From Bacillota bacterium (GTDB lineage: Bacteria; Bacillota; JAAYKD01), in the NCBI GenBank assembly GCA_963666425.2, contig OY762825.2:2624001-2688000 (forward strand): a DNA stretch of 64,000 nt, in the 5' to 3' direction. How positions within the stretch are numbered: position 1 is the stretch's first letter; every line of letters starts with the position of its first letter. The translations under genes and the position numbers were made by a program. The notes under the pieces were generated by a model. It was not told the DNA's origin. It was given only the letters and a program-made list of their open reading frames with translations, and searched no databases. Below are positions 29,630 to 37,509 of this stretch, one piece after another.

Positions 29630-29706
29630 GGGCCCATAGCTCAGTTGGTCAGAGCTACCGGCTCATAACCGGTTGGTCCTAGGTTCGAGTCCTAGTGGGC
29701 CCACCA
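29630..29706 (+). tRNA. tRNA with CAT anticodon, most likely tRNA-Ile2 (lysidine)
   Basis: GGGCCCA/TGGGCCC acceptor; anticodon arm CCGG-CTCATAA-CCGG resembles Firmicute Ile2; lacks the initiator C1:A72 mismatch and GGG/CCC stem. Confidence 0.85.
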
Positions 29707-29739
29707 AGAGTTTTCGCTAAGCCTGTCCAGGCAGCAGTT

Positions 29740-29815
29740 GGCCCCATAGTGAAGCGGTCTAACACATCAGCCTTTCACGCTGACGACTCGGGTTCGAATC
29801 CCGATGGGGTCACCA
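29740..29815 (+). tRNA. tRNA-Glu(TTC)
   Basis: TCAGC-CTTTCAC-GCTGA anticodon arm, T-arm, CCA. Confidence 0.95.
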
Positions 29816-29822
29816 TTTTTTC

Positions 29823-29897
29823 GGGCGGGTGGCTCAGGGGTAGAGCACCTGGTTCACATCTAGGGGGTCGTAGGTTCAAATCCTATCCCGCCCACCA
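29823..29897 (+). tRNA. tRNA-Val(CAC)
   Basis: GGGCGGG/CCCGCCC acceptor, CCTGG-TTCACAT-CTAGG anticodon arm, ACCA end. Confidence 0.9.
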
Positions 29898-29909
29898 CAG
29901 AAAACACGA

Positions 29910-29937
29910 AAGCAGAGAATTTTTTCTCTGCTTTTTC
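29910..29937 (+). terminator. terminator after tRNA cluster 1
   Basis: AAAGCAGAGAA...TTCTCTGCTTTTT. Confidence 0.7.
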
Positions 29938-30002
29938 CTATTGCTTGGCGTAACTGCAGAGACTCGACGCCGACCGTATTTGATCGGAAAGAAGGGCGCT
30001 GA

Positions 30003-30710
30003 ATGACCGAAAACAAGCTTATACTAAAACCGAGACTGCAGGCTGTCTTTGATTTACTCAAGCCCTGTGCAATCCTTTGTGATATCGGGACAGATCACGC
30101 CTATCTTCCCATTGCTGCTATCCAGCAGGAGCTGGCCGGTTATGCATTTGCCTGTGATCTTCATCTGCCGCCTTTGAGAGCGGCAGAAAAGAACATTAGG
30201 ACCCATTGCCTGTCCGAGCGGATTGCATGCCGTCAGGGAGCCGGTTTTACCCCTCTGAGTGCAGCCGAAATCGGGCAGGTGGTCATCGCCGGCATGGGCG
30301 GTCTGACGATCCGGACGATCTTAGCGGAAGCAGGCGAAAAAGCAAAAAAAGCGGAGCGACTCGTGATCCAAGCCAATAACCACATCAAGGAAGTCCGGCA
30401 ATGGCTGGTCAATTCCGGCTTTACCATCGAGGCGGAAACTATCGTTCAGGAACGGGAATTTTATTATCAGGCCTTCGCTGCGGTCTATACCGCTCAGAGC
30501 GAAAATTGGACCGATCTGGAACTGCAGTATGGGCGCTTCAATTTACAGCGCCGTGATGCGGTCGTTTTGTCATTGCTGCGGCGTGAAGCGGGGTTTTTAA
30601 CGAAGGCGCTGGTTGGTATGCAGCAAGCCCAGCGTGATGTCAGTCAAGCCAGCAAGACCGCCGAAGAGCAGCTGCAGGCCATTCATCAAATTCTCAGCGA
30701 ATCTATTTGA
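30003..30710 (+). CDS. trmK: tRNA (adenine22-N1)-methyltransferase
   Basis: DIGTDHAYLP, IAGMGG, LVIQAN; syntenic after sigA. Confidence 0.9.
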   Translation: MTENKLILKPRLQAVFDLLKPCAILCDIGTDHAYLPIAAIQQELAGYAFACDLHLPPLRAAEKNIRTHCLSERIACRQGAGFTPLSAAEIGQVVIAGMGGLTIRTILAEAGEKAKKAERLVIQANNHIKEVRQWLVNSGFTIEAETIVQEREFYYQAFAAVYTAQSENWTDLELQYGRFNLQRRDAVVLSLLRREAGFLTKALVGMQQAQRDVSQASKTAEEQLQAIHQILSESI

Positions 30711-30758
30711 CTTTTACAGCGTTTTCAGCTATACTCAATTGCTGTTACAAACTTCAGA

Positions 30759-31118
30759 CCGGGTTGGTTGAATGATCGCGAAAAGAAGACCGCAAGGTGC
30801 TTTTTGAGGAAAGTCCGAGCTTCACAGAGCAGGATGCTGGATAACGTCCAGTGAGGGTAACCTTAAGGCTAGTGCCACAGAAAGATACCGCCGGATTTTC
30901 CGGTAAGGGTGCAAAGGTGCGGTAAGAGCGCACCAGCAGTCGGGTGACCGGCTGGCTCGGTAAACCCCATTCGAAGCAAGACCAAATAGGGAAGCAGATG
31001 AAGCGGCTCGCTGAACTTCCGGGTTGGTCGCTGGAGGTATCGGGTAACCGGTATCCAAGATAAATGATCATTTCGTGCCTTACGGCATAGGACAGAACTC
31101 GGCTTACAGACCCTGCCG
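30759..31118 (+). ncRNA. rnpB: RNase P RNA, bacterial type A
   Basis: GAGGAAAGTCCGAGC, AGTGCCACAGAAA, GGTAAACCCC, AGATAAATGAT, ACAGAACTCGGCTTA; TTGACT-N17-TATACT promoter upstream; ends approximate. Confidence 0.95.
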
Positions 31119-31227
31119 GTTTGAAGTTTTTGTAGCAGCAGCCTGTATTCTCACAAAACAGACAGCAAAAAATCCGGGACATGGCGAAATATATGTCTCC
31201 TAGCATTAAATAACCCCAGAAAACTAT

Positions 31228-31256
31228 TTGACAAGCCATATTCTACTTGTTATAAT
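31228..31256 (+). promoter_or_regulatory. sigma-A promoter of tRNA cluster 2
   Basis: TTGACA-N17-TATAAT with TG extension. Confidence 0.8.
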
Positions 31257-31269
31257 AACTCTCGTTGAT

Positions 31270-31345
31270 TGGGGCATCGCCAAGCTGGTTAAGGCACGGG
31301 ACTTTGACTCCCGCACCGTAGGTTCGAATCCTGCTGCCCCAACCA
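31270..31345 (+). tRNA. tRNA-Gln(TTG)
   Basis: T1-A72 acceptor TGGGGCA/TGCCCCA, CGGGA-CTTTGAC-TCCCG anticodon arm, CCA. Confidence 0.93.
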
Positions 31346-31403
31346 CTTTCTTTTTCGGTAACCTTTTTTCCTGGCAGGATTCCTGAGTGGAATCAAAAAA
31401 CAT

Positions 31404-31479
<76 letters not shown>

Positions 31480-31549
31480 TTGTTCCGATTTGTTATCATG
31501 CTTAAAACATAGTCTTCTGCGCGGGAGTTTCCTGATTCCAACCAAATAC

Positions 31550-31625
31550 GGCCCCATAGTGAAGCGGTCTAACACATCAGCCTTTCACGCTGACGACTCG
31601 GGTTCGAATCCCGATGGGGTCACCA
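31550..31625 (+). tRNA. tRNA-Glu(TTC), second identical copy
   Basis: Sequence identical to 29740-29815. Confidence 0.95.
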
Positions 31626-31630
31626 TACAT

Positions 31631-31716
31631 GGTGGGATTCCCGAGTTGGCCAAAGGGGGCAGACTGTAAATCTGCTAGCTTCGCTTTCGATGGTTCGAAT
31701 CCATCTCCCACCACCA
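31631..31716 (+). tRNA. tRNA-Tyr(GTA)
   Basis: GCAGA-CTGTAAA-TCTGC anticodon arm, long variable arm, CCA. Confidence 0.95.
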
Positions 31717-31757
31717 GAAAATCCCGTCTGAATTGATCCAATTCAGACGGGATTTTC
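31717..31757 (+). terminator. long hairpin terminator after tRNA-Tyr
   Basis: GAAAATCCCGTCTGAATTG/CAATTCAGACGGGATTTTC perfect inverted repeat. Confidence 0.8.
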
Positions 31758-31764
31758 AACTAAT

Positions 31765-31860
31765 TCCACCTTAGTGTGGATGAAACTTCATCCGAGCGCG
31801 AAACGATCGGATTTCACCTGAGCAAAGTGAAGATTTCACCGTGCTATCAGCATGATTTCC
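31765..31860. repeat. tandem GATTTC(A) + mini-hairpin repeat (REP-like)
   Basis: GATTTC at 31810, 31832 and 31854 (22-nt period) separating short variable hairpins. Confidence 0.55.
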
Positions 31861-31956
31861 TCTGAAAAGGAAAGGAATGCAGCGGCTTTACGGTGAATAG
31901 AGTAAAGTACGATCAGTTTAAACCCTGACAAGACAGTCTGAAAGGTGTTTATCAAG

Positions 31957-32754
31957 ATGGAAGAGCGCTTACAAAAAATTATCGCTGCTGCCGGTTTGGC
32001 TTCCCGCAGAGAAGCGGAAGTGTTTATTACAACCGGTTTAGTTCGCGTCAATGGAATTGTTGTAAAAGAATTGGGCAGCAAAGCTGACCCGGAAAAAGAT
32101 GAAATCACCTTGGCCGGTAAGCCGGTGCAAGTGCAGACGCAATTTTTAACCGTGATGCTGCATAAGCCCAGAGGAACGATTGCTTCGGTGGGAGATCCGG
32201 AGGGGCGCAGCTCTGTAACGGATCTGGTCAGCTTTTACAACGCCAGGCTCTATCCGGTTGGACGGCTGGATTTTCAGAGCGAAGGCTTGTTGCTGATGAC
32301 CAATGACGGCGATTTAGCTTACCGTCTGACCCATCCCAAGTACCAGGTGGAAAAATGTTATCATGTTTGGCTGGATCGTCCGCTGCAGCAAGCGGATCGC
32401 CTCCAACTGATTGCCGGTGTACTCTTGGATGGGGTCAAGACGCAGACGATCGGTTTACAGCCAATCGAGAGCCCCGAGCGCCCGGGTTGTGTCTGGAAAG
32501 TCACCTTGCGTGAAGGACGCAATCGTCAGATTCGCAGAATGTTTGCTTTGTTCGATTACCAGACCCTGCGTCTGATGCGTGTCCGCGAAGGTGGTTTACC
32601 GCTCGGTGCCTTAGCCGTGGGCAAATCGCGCAAGCTGACAGAGCAGGAAGTGGAAATGTTAAAAAAAGAAGCCGGAGAACCCGTGCGCAAAGCACAGGTT
32701 ACACCGCATGATCAAAAATCAGGTGAGGAGCATCCGTGGATAAAAGAAGAGTAA
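31957..32754 (+). CDS. rluB: RsuA/RluB-family rRNA pseudouridine synthase
   Basis: ERLQKIIAAAGLASRR S4 domain, YPVGRLD, LLMTNDG, EGRNRQIRRM. Confidence 0.88.
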   Translation: MEERLQKIIAAAGLASRREAEVFITTGLVRVNGIVVKELGSKADPEKDEITLAGKPVQVQTQFLTVMLHKPRGTIASVGDPEGRSSVTDLVSFYNARLYPVGRLDFQSEGLLLMTNDGDLAYRLTHPKYQVEKCYHVWLDRPLQQADRLQLIAGVLLDGVKTQTIGLQPIESPERPGCVWKVTLREGRNRQIRRMFALFDYQTLRLMRVREGGLPLGALAVGKSRKLTEQEVEMLKKEAGEPVRKAQVTPHDQKSGEEHPWIKEE

Positions 32755-34004
32755 TTGTCGTTGGCGGCGGAGCGGCCGGCATGGTGGCTGCGATCCGGGC
32801 AGCAGAAAACGGGGCGCATGTCATTCTGTTGGAACGCAACGAAAAATTAGGCAAAAAACTGAATATAACCGGCAAAGGCCGCTGCAATCTGACCAACGAC
32901 TGCACCGTAAAAGAACTGGTCGCCAATATTCCCGGCAACGGCAAATTTTTATTCAGCGCATTTCATGAATTTGACAGTCAAAAATGCCAGGCGTTTTTTA
33001 CAGACCTGGGTGTGGAATTAAAAATCGAGCGCGGTAAACGGGTTTTTCCGGTCAGCGATCAGGCAGCGACCGTCGTGCAGGCTCTGCAGAAGCGACTGCT
33101 GGCTTTGCAGGTCGAAATTCATTACATGGCGCGGGTAATGCGGCTTTGGCTGGAAAATGGCCTGCTCAAAGGGGTCGTCGTTGGCAACCAATCGCTGGCT
33201 GCCGATGCGGTGATCATAGCAACCGGAGGAAACTCTTACCCCATGACAGGTTCGACAGGAGACGGCTATCTGCTGGCCAAACAAGCCGGTCATACCATTG
33301 TCGCGCTGCGGCCTTCTCTGGTGCCGCTGTTGGTCCGGGAGGAATGGCTCAAGGAACTGCAGGGTCTTTCTCTGCGTAACGTAGAGGTGTCGCTCTGGCA
33401 GGGAGAGAAGAAACTCGCCAGCGAATTCGGCGAAATGCTCTTTACCCATTTTGGGGTCAGCGGACCGGTGATTTTATCGTTAAGCAGAGCGCTTTTAGAC
33501 AGCAAACCCGAACCGGAAGTGCAGCTTGCCATCAATCTGAAACCGGCACTGAAACCGGAACAACTCGATTTACGGCTGCAGAGAGATTTTTTGAAATATC
33601 AAAATAAACAATTTAAAAATGGTTTGGATGATCTGCTGCCACAGAGCCTGATTCCGGTTATTGTGGCTTTAAGCGGTATCGAGCCAGAAAAGCAAATGCA
33701 TTTTATTACCAAAACAGAGCGCCAGCAACTGGTGGCCTTACTGATGGATTTCCGCTTGACAATCAGCGGTACCCGTCCCCTGACAGAGGCCATTGTCACG
33801 GCCGGCGGCGTCGATACCAAAGAGATCGCGCCTAAAACGATGGAATCGAAAAAGACAGCCGGACTTTATTTTGCCGGAGAATTGCTGGATGTCGATGGCT
33901 TAACCGGTGGTTTTAATTTACAGTCTGCCTTCGCCAGCGGTTACGCTGCAGGATTCTGGGCCGCCCAGACTGAATTACAAGCATCTTCCGCGTCTATCCA
34001 CTGA
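32736..34004 (+). CDS. HI0933/YhiN family flavoprotein
   Basis: VGGGAAGM, GKGRCNLTN, GRxFP-like motif, GSTGDGY, LFTHFGVSGP, TAGGV, TGGFNLQ. Confidence 0.92.
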   Translation: MDKRRVIVVGGGAAGMVAAIRAAENGAHVILLERNEKLGKKLNITGKGRCNLTNDCTVKELVANIPGNGKFLFSAFHEFDSQKCQAFFTDLGVELKIERGKRVFPVSDQAATVVQALQKRLLALQVEIHYMARVMRLWLENGLLKGVVVGNQSLAADAVIIATGGNSYPMTGSTGDGYLLAKQAGHTIVALRPSLVPLLVREEWLKELQGLSLRNVEVSLWQGEKKLASEFGEMLFTHFGVSGPVILSLSRALLDSKPEPEVQLAINLKPALKPEQLDLRLQRDFLKYQNKQFKNGLDDLLPQSLIPVIVALSGIEPEKQMHFITKTERQQLVALLMDFRLTISGTRPLTEAIVTAGGVDTKEIAPKTMESKKTAGLYFAGELLDVDGLTGGFNLQSAFASGYAAGFWAAQTELQASSASIH

Positions 34005-34023
34005 TTGCAAAGGGGTTATAGGT

Positions 34024-34731
34024 ATGAATCGACAAACCGCCGATCAAAAGAAATTAGTCATTGCCATTGATGGTCCGGCAGGAGCCGGGAAAAGCACCAT
34101 CGCTAAACTCCTGGCGGAACGGCTGAAGATCCGCTATTTGGATACAGGTGCTATGTATCGTGCGCTGACTTGGCGCGCTTTGCAGGATCAGATCGCGATC
34201 GAAGATGAAGCCGGTTTGGCTGCACTGTTTCGCCGTCTCAACATGGAAGTGATTCTGGCGGAGCAGGGACAGCGAATTTTGCTGGACGGAGTCGATGCGA
34301 CTCCTTTCCTGCGGTTGCCCAAAGTCAGCGAACTCGTTTCACCGCTGTCTGCCCATGGGGAGATTCGGAAAATCATGGTGGAAAAACAACGCAAGATGGC
34401 AGCCGAAGGGGAAATCGTTTTGGATGGACGTGATATCGGTACAGTAATCCTGCCGGATGCGCCGCTCAAGATTTATCTGACTGCTTCCCTGGAAGAGCGA
34501 ACCAGAAGACGTTTAAAAGATTATGCCTGCCAGGGAATTCAGATGTGCTTTGCCGATTTAATGCAGGAAATTGCGGCACGTGATCAGCGCGACTCTTCGC
34601 GGCAGCATGCGCCTTTGCTGCAGGCGAAAGATGCGGTCTATCTGGACTCCACAGTTTTGAATCAAATACAGGTTGTAGAAATGATCGAAGAACTATGCAG
34701 ACAGCGGGGACTTTTAGCGGAGGTGTCATGA
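34024..34731 (+). CDS. cmk: cytidylate kinase
   Basis: IAIDGPAGAGKST, LDTGAMYR, DGRDIGT, RDQRD. Confidence 0.96.
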   Translation: MNRQTADQKKLVIAIDGPAGAGKSTIAKLLAERLKIRYLDTGAMYRALTWRALQDQIAIEDEAGLAALFRRLNMEVILAEQGQRILLDGVDATPFLRLPKVSELVSPLSAHGEIRKIMVEKQRKMAAEGEIVLDGRDIGTVILPDAPLKIYLTASLEERTRRRLKDYACQGIQMCFADLMQEIAARDQRDSSRQHAPLLQAKDAVYLDSTVLNQIQVVEMIEELCRQRGLLAEVS

Positions 34732-35321
34732 TGACCTACTACCGTTTCTTTTTCGGCTTTGCCAACAGCATTATTCGCTTGATCTGGCGGCCGCGCTATC
34801 GCAATACCATTGCGGTTCCGGCTATCGGAGCCGCTGTCATCTGCGCCAATCATACCTTTGCTTTGGATCCTCTGCTGATTGCACTTAGTATTAATCGACC
34901 GGTTCATTTTTTAGCCAAAGAAGAATTGTACCGCAATCCGCTGCTGCGTTTTATTTTACAGCGAACCAATATGGTAGCGGTCAAACGGGGATTGAATGAC
35001 CGGCAAGCCATGCGCATCAGTTTGAAATATCTGAATCAAGGTGAAATTTTAGGAGTGTTTCCGGAAGGGACGCGTTCCAAGACCGCTGAACTATTGGAAT
35101 TTTATGATGGTGCGGTCTATTTTGCCATGAAAACAGGTGCTCCATTGATTCCTGCCGCAATTATTGGTCAGTATCGCTGGTTTACTCCCATGCAAGTCGT
35201 CTATGGAGAAGCGATCGCTGTAGAAAAAGCGGAGACGCCGGATCGTGAAGCCATGCGCAGTCTGACCGAGCGCTTGGCGGAAGAAATTGCAGTTCTGAAG
35301 AGGAGCAGTCATGGAGATTAG
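34728..35321 (+). CDS. plsC: 1-acyl-sn-glycerol-3-phosphate acyltransferase
   Basis: NHxxxxD (NHTFALD), FLAKEEL, FPEGTRS. Confidence 0.9.
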   Translation: MMTYYRFFFGFANSIIRLIWRPRYRNTIAVPAIGAAVICANHTFALDPLLIALSINRPVHFLAKEELYRNPLLRFILQRTNMVAVKRGLNDRQAMRISLKYLNQGEILGVFPEGTRSKTAELLEFYDGAVYFAMKTGAPLIPAAIIGQYRWFTPMQVVYGEAIAVEKAETPDREAMRSLTERLAEEIAVLKRSSHGD

Positions 35322-37401
35322 AAGAGCGGAATATTTGGGATTTTGCAGCGGGGTCCGGCAGGCAGTCGATCTGGCGGAACAGCACCTGTCCAGGAACGGG
35401 CAGCTGTATGCACTGGGAGCGCTGGTGCACAATCCTCGCCTGATTGCTGAATTGGCAGACAAAGGCATGCAGGTGCTGGATGAGCCGGACGCCATGCCGG
35501 ATCAGGCAGCGGTGATCCTGCGGGCGCACGGTGTTGGTCCGGGTTTGCGGCAGCGGCTGCAGGAAAAACAAATGACTATCCTGGATGCAACCTGCCCCAG
35601 CGTGCAGCTTATTTTCGATTATGCTAAAAAATACGCCGATCAAGGCGATCTGGTTTTGATCTTAGGTGAAAAAGGTCATCCGGAAGTGGAAGCAATCCTG
35701 GAATGGACGCACGGGAATGGTATCATCATTGAATCGATGGATGACCTGAATTCCGTGGCCAAAAACAGAAAAATTGCCGTCATAAGTCAGTCAACTTTGG
35801 CCCAAGATGTTTTTAAACAATTTGTTTTGGAAATAAGAAGGATTTTTGACATAGATGTCGTAATCAATACTATATGTTCCGCAACAAAAAACAGACAGGA
35901 AGCTGCGGTAAAATTGGCACAGGAAGCCGACGTGATGTTGGTGGTCGGCAGTTCACAGAGCGCAAACTCCAGGCATCTTTATGATTTGTGTTCCGTAGTC
36001 AATGCAAGAACGCATCTGATTACAGGTGCGGTGGATTTGTGTTCGTGTTGGTTTACCAAAACTCGTGTTGTAGGGATCACAGCCGGGGCATCCGTTCCGG
36101 ATTGGATAATTAAGGAGGTAGAATGTACAGTGTTGGAAAACGAAAACAAAGTGATTGAGGGAGAAGAAGTGAAGGTCCCTGAAGTAGAGGAAAAGACAGC
36201 CGCCGAAGCGGAACCCGTCAGCGATACAGTAGAAAAAGCAGCTGAACCGGTGGAAACCCCGGAAGTACCCGCAGCAGAAACCGAAGAATTCGATATGGAT
36301 TCTTTCCATTTGCCACGCTATACCCCCGGTGATATCATTCAAGCGACCGTGGTACAAGTTGGCAATGATGAAATTTTGGTGGATGTGGGTCAAAAATCCG
36401 AGGGTATCATTCCTCGCAAAGAGTTTTCTGCCGATCCTTCCATTCTGCCGACCGATGTTCTGAAAGTCGGCGACGAAATAACCGTGATGGTCGTTCGTAA
36501 TGAAGATCAGGAAGGCCGCCTTACTTTCTCTAAAAAAAGAGCCGATCAACGTCAATATTGGATTAAATTTACCGAATCACTGAAACAAAATGAAGTGATG
36601 GAAGGTAAAGTGCTGGAGCAAGTTAAGGGCGGATTGATTGTTGATATCGGTATCCGCGCTTTCATGCCTGCTTCTTTAGCAGAACGGCGTTTTACCAGCG
36701 ATTTAAAACACTTGATTGGCGAAACGGTGAAAGTTCGTTTAATTGAAGTTGATCCTGAAAAGCGCAGAGCGATTGTCAACCGCAAAATCGTGATCGAAGA
36801 AGAAGCAGCCGTCGCCAAAGAAGGCTTCTGGCAGAATACGCATGAAGGCGATATTGTCAAGGGAATTGTTCGCCGCATCACGAAATTTGGCGCCTTTGTT
36901 GATCTGGGCGGCATTGACGGTTTGCTGCATATTTCCGATTTGGATTACTATCGCGTCAAAGATCCATCCGACGTGGTAAAAGTAAATGACGAGCTGGAAC
37001 TGAAAGTTTTGAAATTGGATGCAGAAGCCGGCCGCATTTCACTTGGCTTGAAACAAATGAAAATGGAACCTTGGGAAGCATTTGCCCAAGAATACGCAGC
37101 CGGCGATGTCGTGCAGGGTGCTGTCGTGCGCATCACTCCCTGGGGTGCTTTTGTCAATGTGCGTCCCGGTATCGATGGCTTGATCCACATTTCCGAATTA
37201 GAAAACCGCAGGGTAGAAAAAGTGGAAGATGTTGTTGCCGTCGGACAGCAAGTGGAAGCGAAGATTCTCGACATCGATTTGAATCGGAAACGCCTCAGCC
37301 TTTCTCTGAAAGCACTGCAGACAGAAGAAAGCATTGATGAAGCGGCCGTAGAAGAGATGAAGGAAGAAGTAAACGAAGGAAACAGCAACTCCGAGAGATA
37401 A
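35311..37401 (+). CDS. ispH: bifunctional IspH (HMBPP reductase) / 30S ribosomal protein S1 fusion
   Basis: IspH Cys/His motifs GFCSGV, HNP, RAHG, DATCP, HPE, NTIC, GITAGAS; acidic linker; four S1 repeats. Confidence 0.93.
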   Translation: MEIRRAEYLGFCSGVRQAVDLAEQHLSRNGQLYALGALVHNPRLIAELADKGMQVLDEPDAMPDQAAVILRAHGVGPGLRQRLQEKQMTILDATCPSVQLIFDYAKKYADQGDLVLILGEKGHPEVEAILEWTHGNGIIIESMDDLNSVAKNRKIAVISQSTLAQDVFKQFVLEIRRIFDIDVVINTICSATKNRQEAAVKLAQEADVMLVVGSSQSANSRHLYDLCSVVNARTHLITGAVDLCSCWFTKTRVVGITAGASVPDWIIKEVECTVLENENKVIEGEEVKVPEVEEKTAAEAEPVSDTVEKAAEPVETPEVPAAETEEFDMDSFHLPRYTPGDIIQATVVQVGNDEILVDVGQKSEGIIPRKEFSADPSILPTDVLKVGDEITVMVVRNEDQEGRLTFSKKRADQRQYWIKFTESLKQNEVMEGKVLEQVKGGLIVDIGIRAFMPASLAERRFTSDLKHLIGETVKVRLIEVDPEKRRAIVNRKIVIEEEAAVAKEGFWQNTHEGDIVKGIVRRITKFGAFVDLGGIDGLLHISDLDYYRVKDPSDVVKVNDELELKVLKLDAEAGRISLGLKQMKMEPWEAFAQEYAAGDVVQGAVVRITPWGAFVNVRPGIDGLIHISELENRRVEKVEDVVAVGQQVEAKILDIDLNRKRLSLSLKALQTEESIDEAAVEEMKEEVNEGNSNSER

Positions 37402-37509
37402 TCAACGCTTACTTTGACCTGAATGATCATAGCGTTAGAATGAGCAAGATGGGGCTGTAGCAATTTGCTGCAGCCCCTAATTTGAATAGTCTAGGAAAGG
37501 AGCGTGCTC

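Noticed and set aside
29695-30006. 103-aa + strand ORF
   Set aside because: Overlaps the tRNA-Glu and tRNA-Val genes; spurious translation of RNA genes
30754-31239. 161-aa and 78-aa minus-strand ORFs
   Set aside because: Antisense to the RNase P RNA gene; a well-known type of false ORF
31577-31759. 60-aa minus-strand ORF
   Set aside because: Antisense to tRNA-Glu and tRNA-Tyr
31765-31860. Possible mini-CRISPR array
   Set aside because: Constant part only 6-9 nt with a 22-nt period, and no cas genes; kept as a REP-like repeat finding instead
36123-36158. Out-of-frame ATG mini-ORF (MYSVGKRKQSD) after the internal SD in ispH-rpsA
   Set aside because: Only 3 nt from the SD, too close for efficient initiation; the in-frame GTG at 36130 fits better
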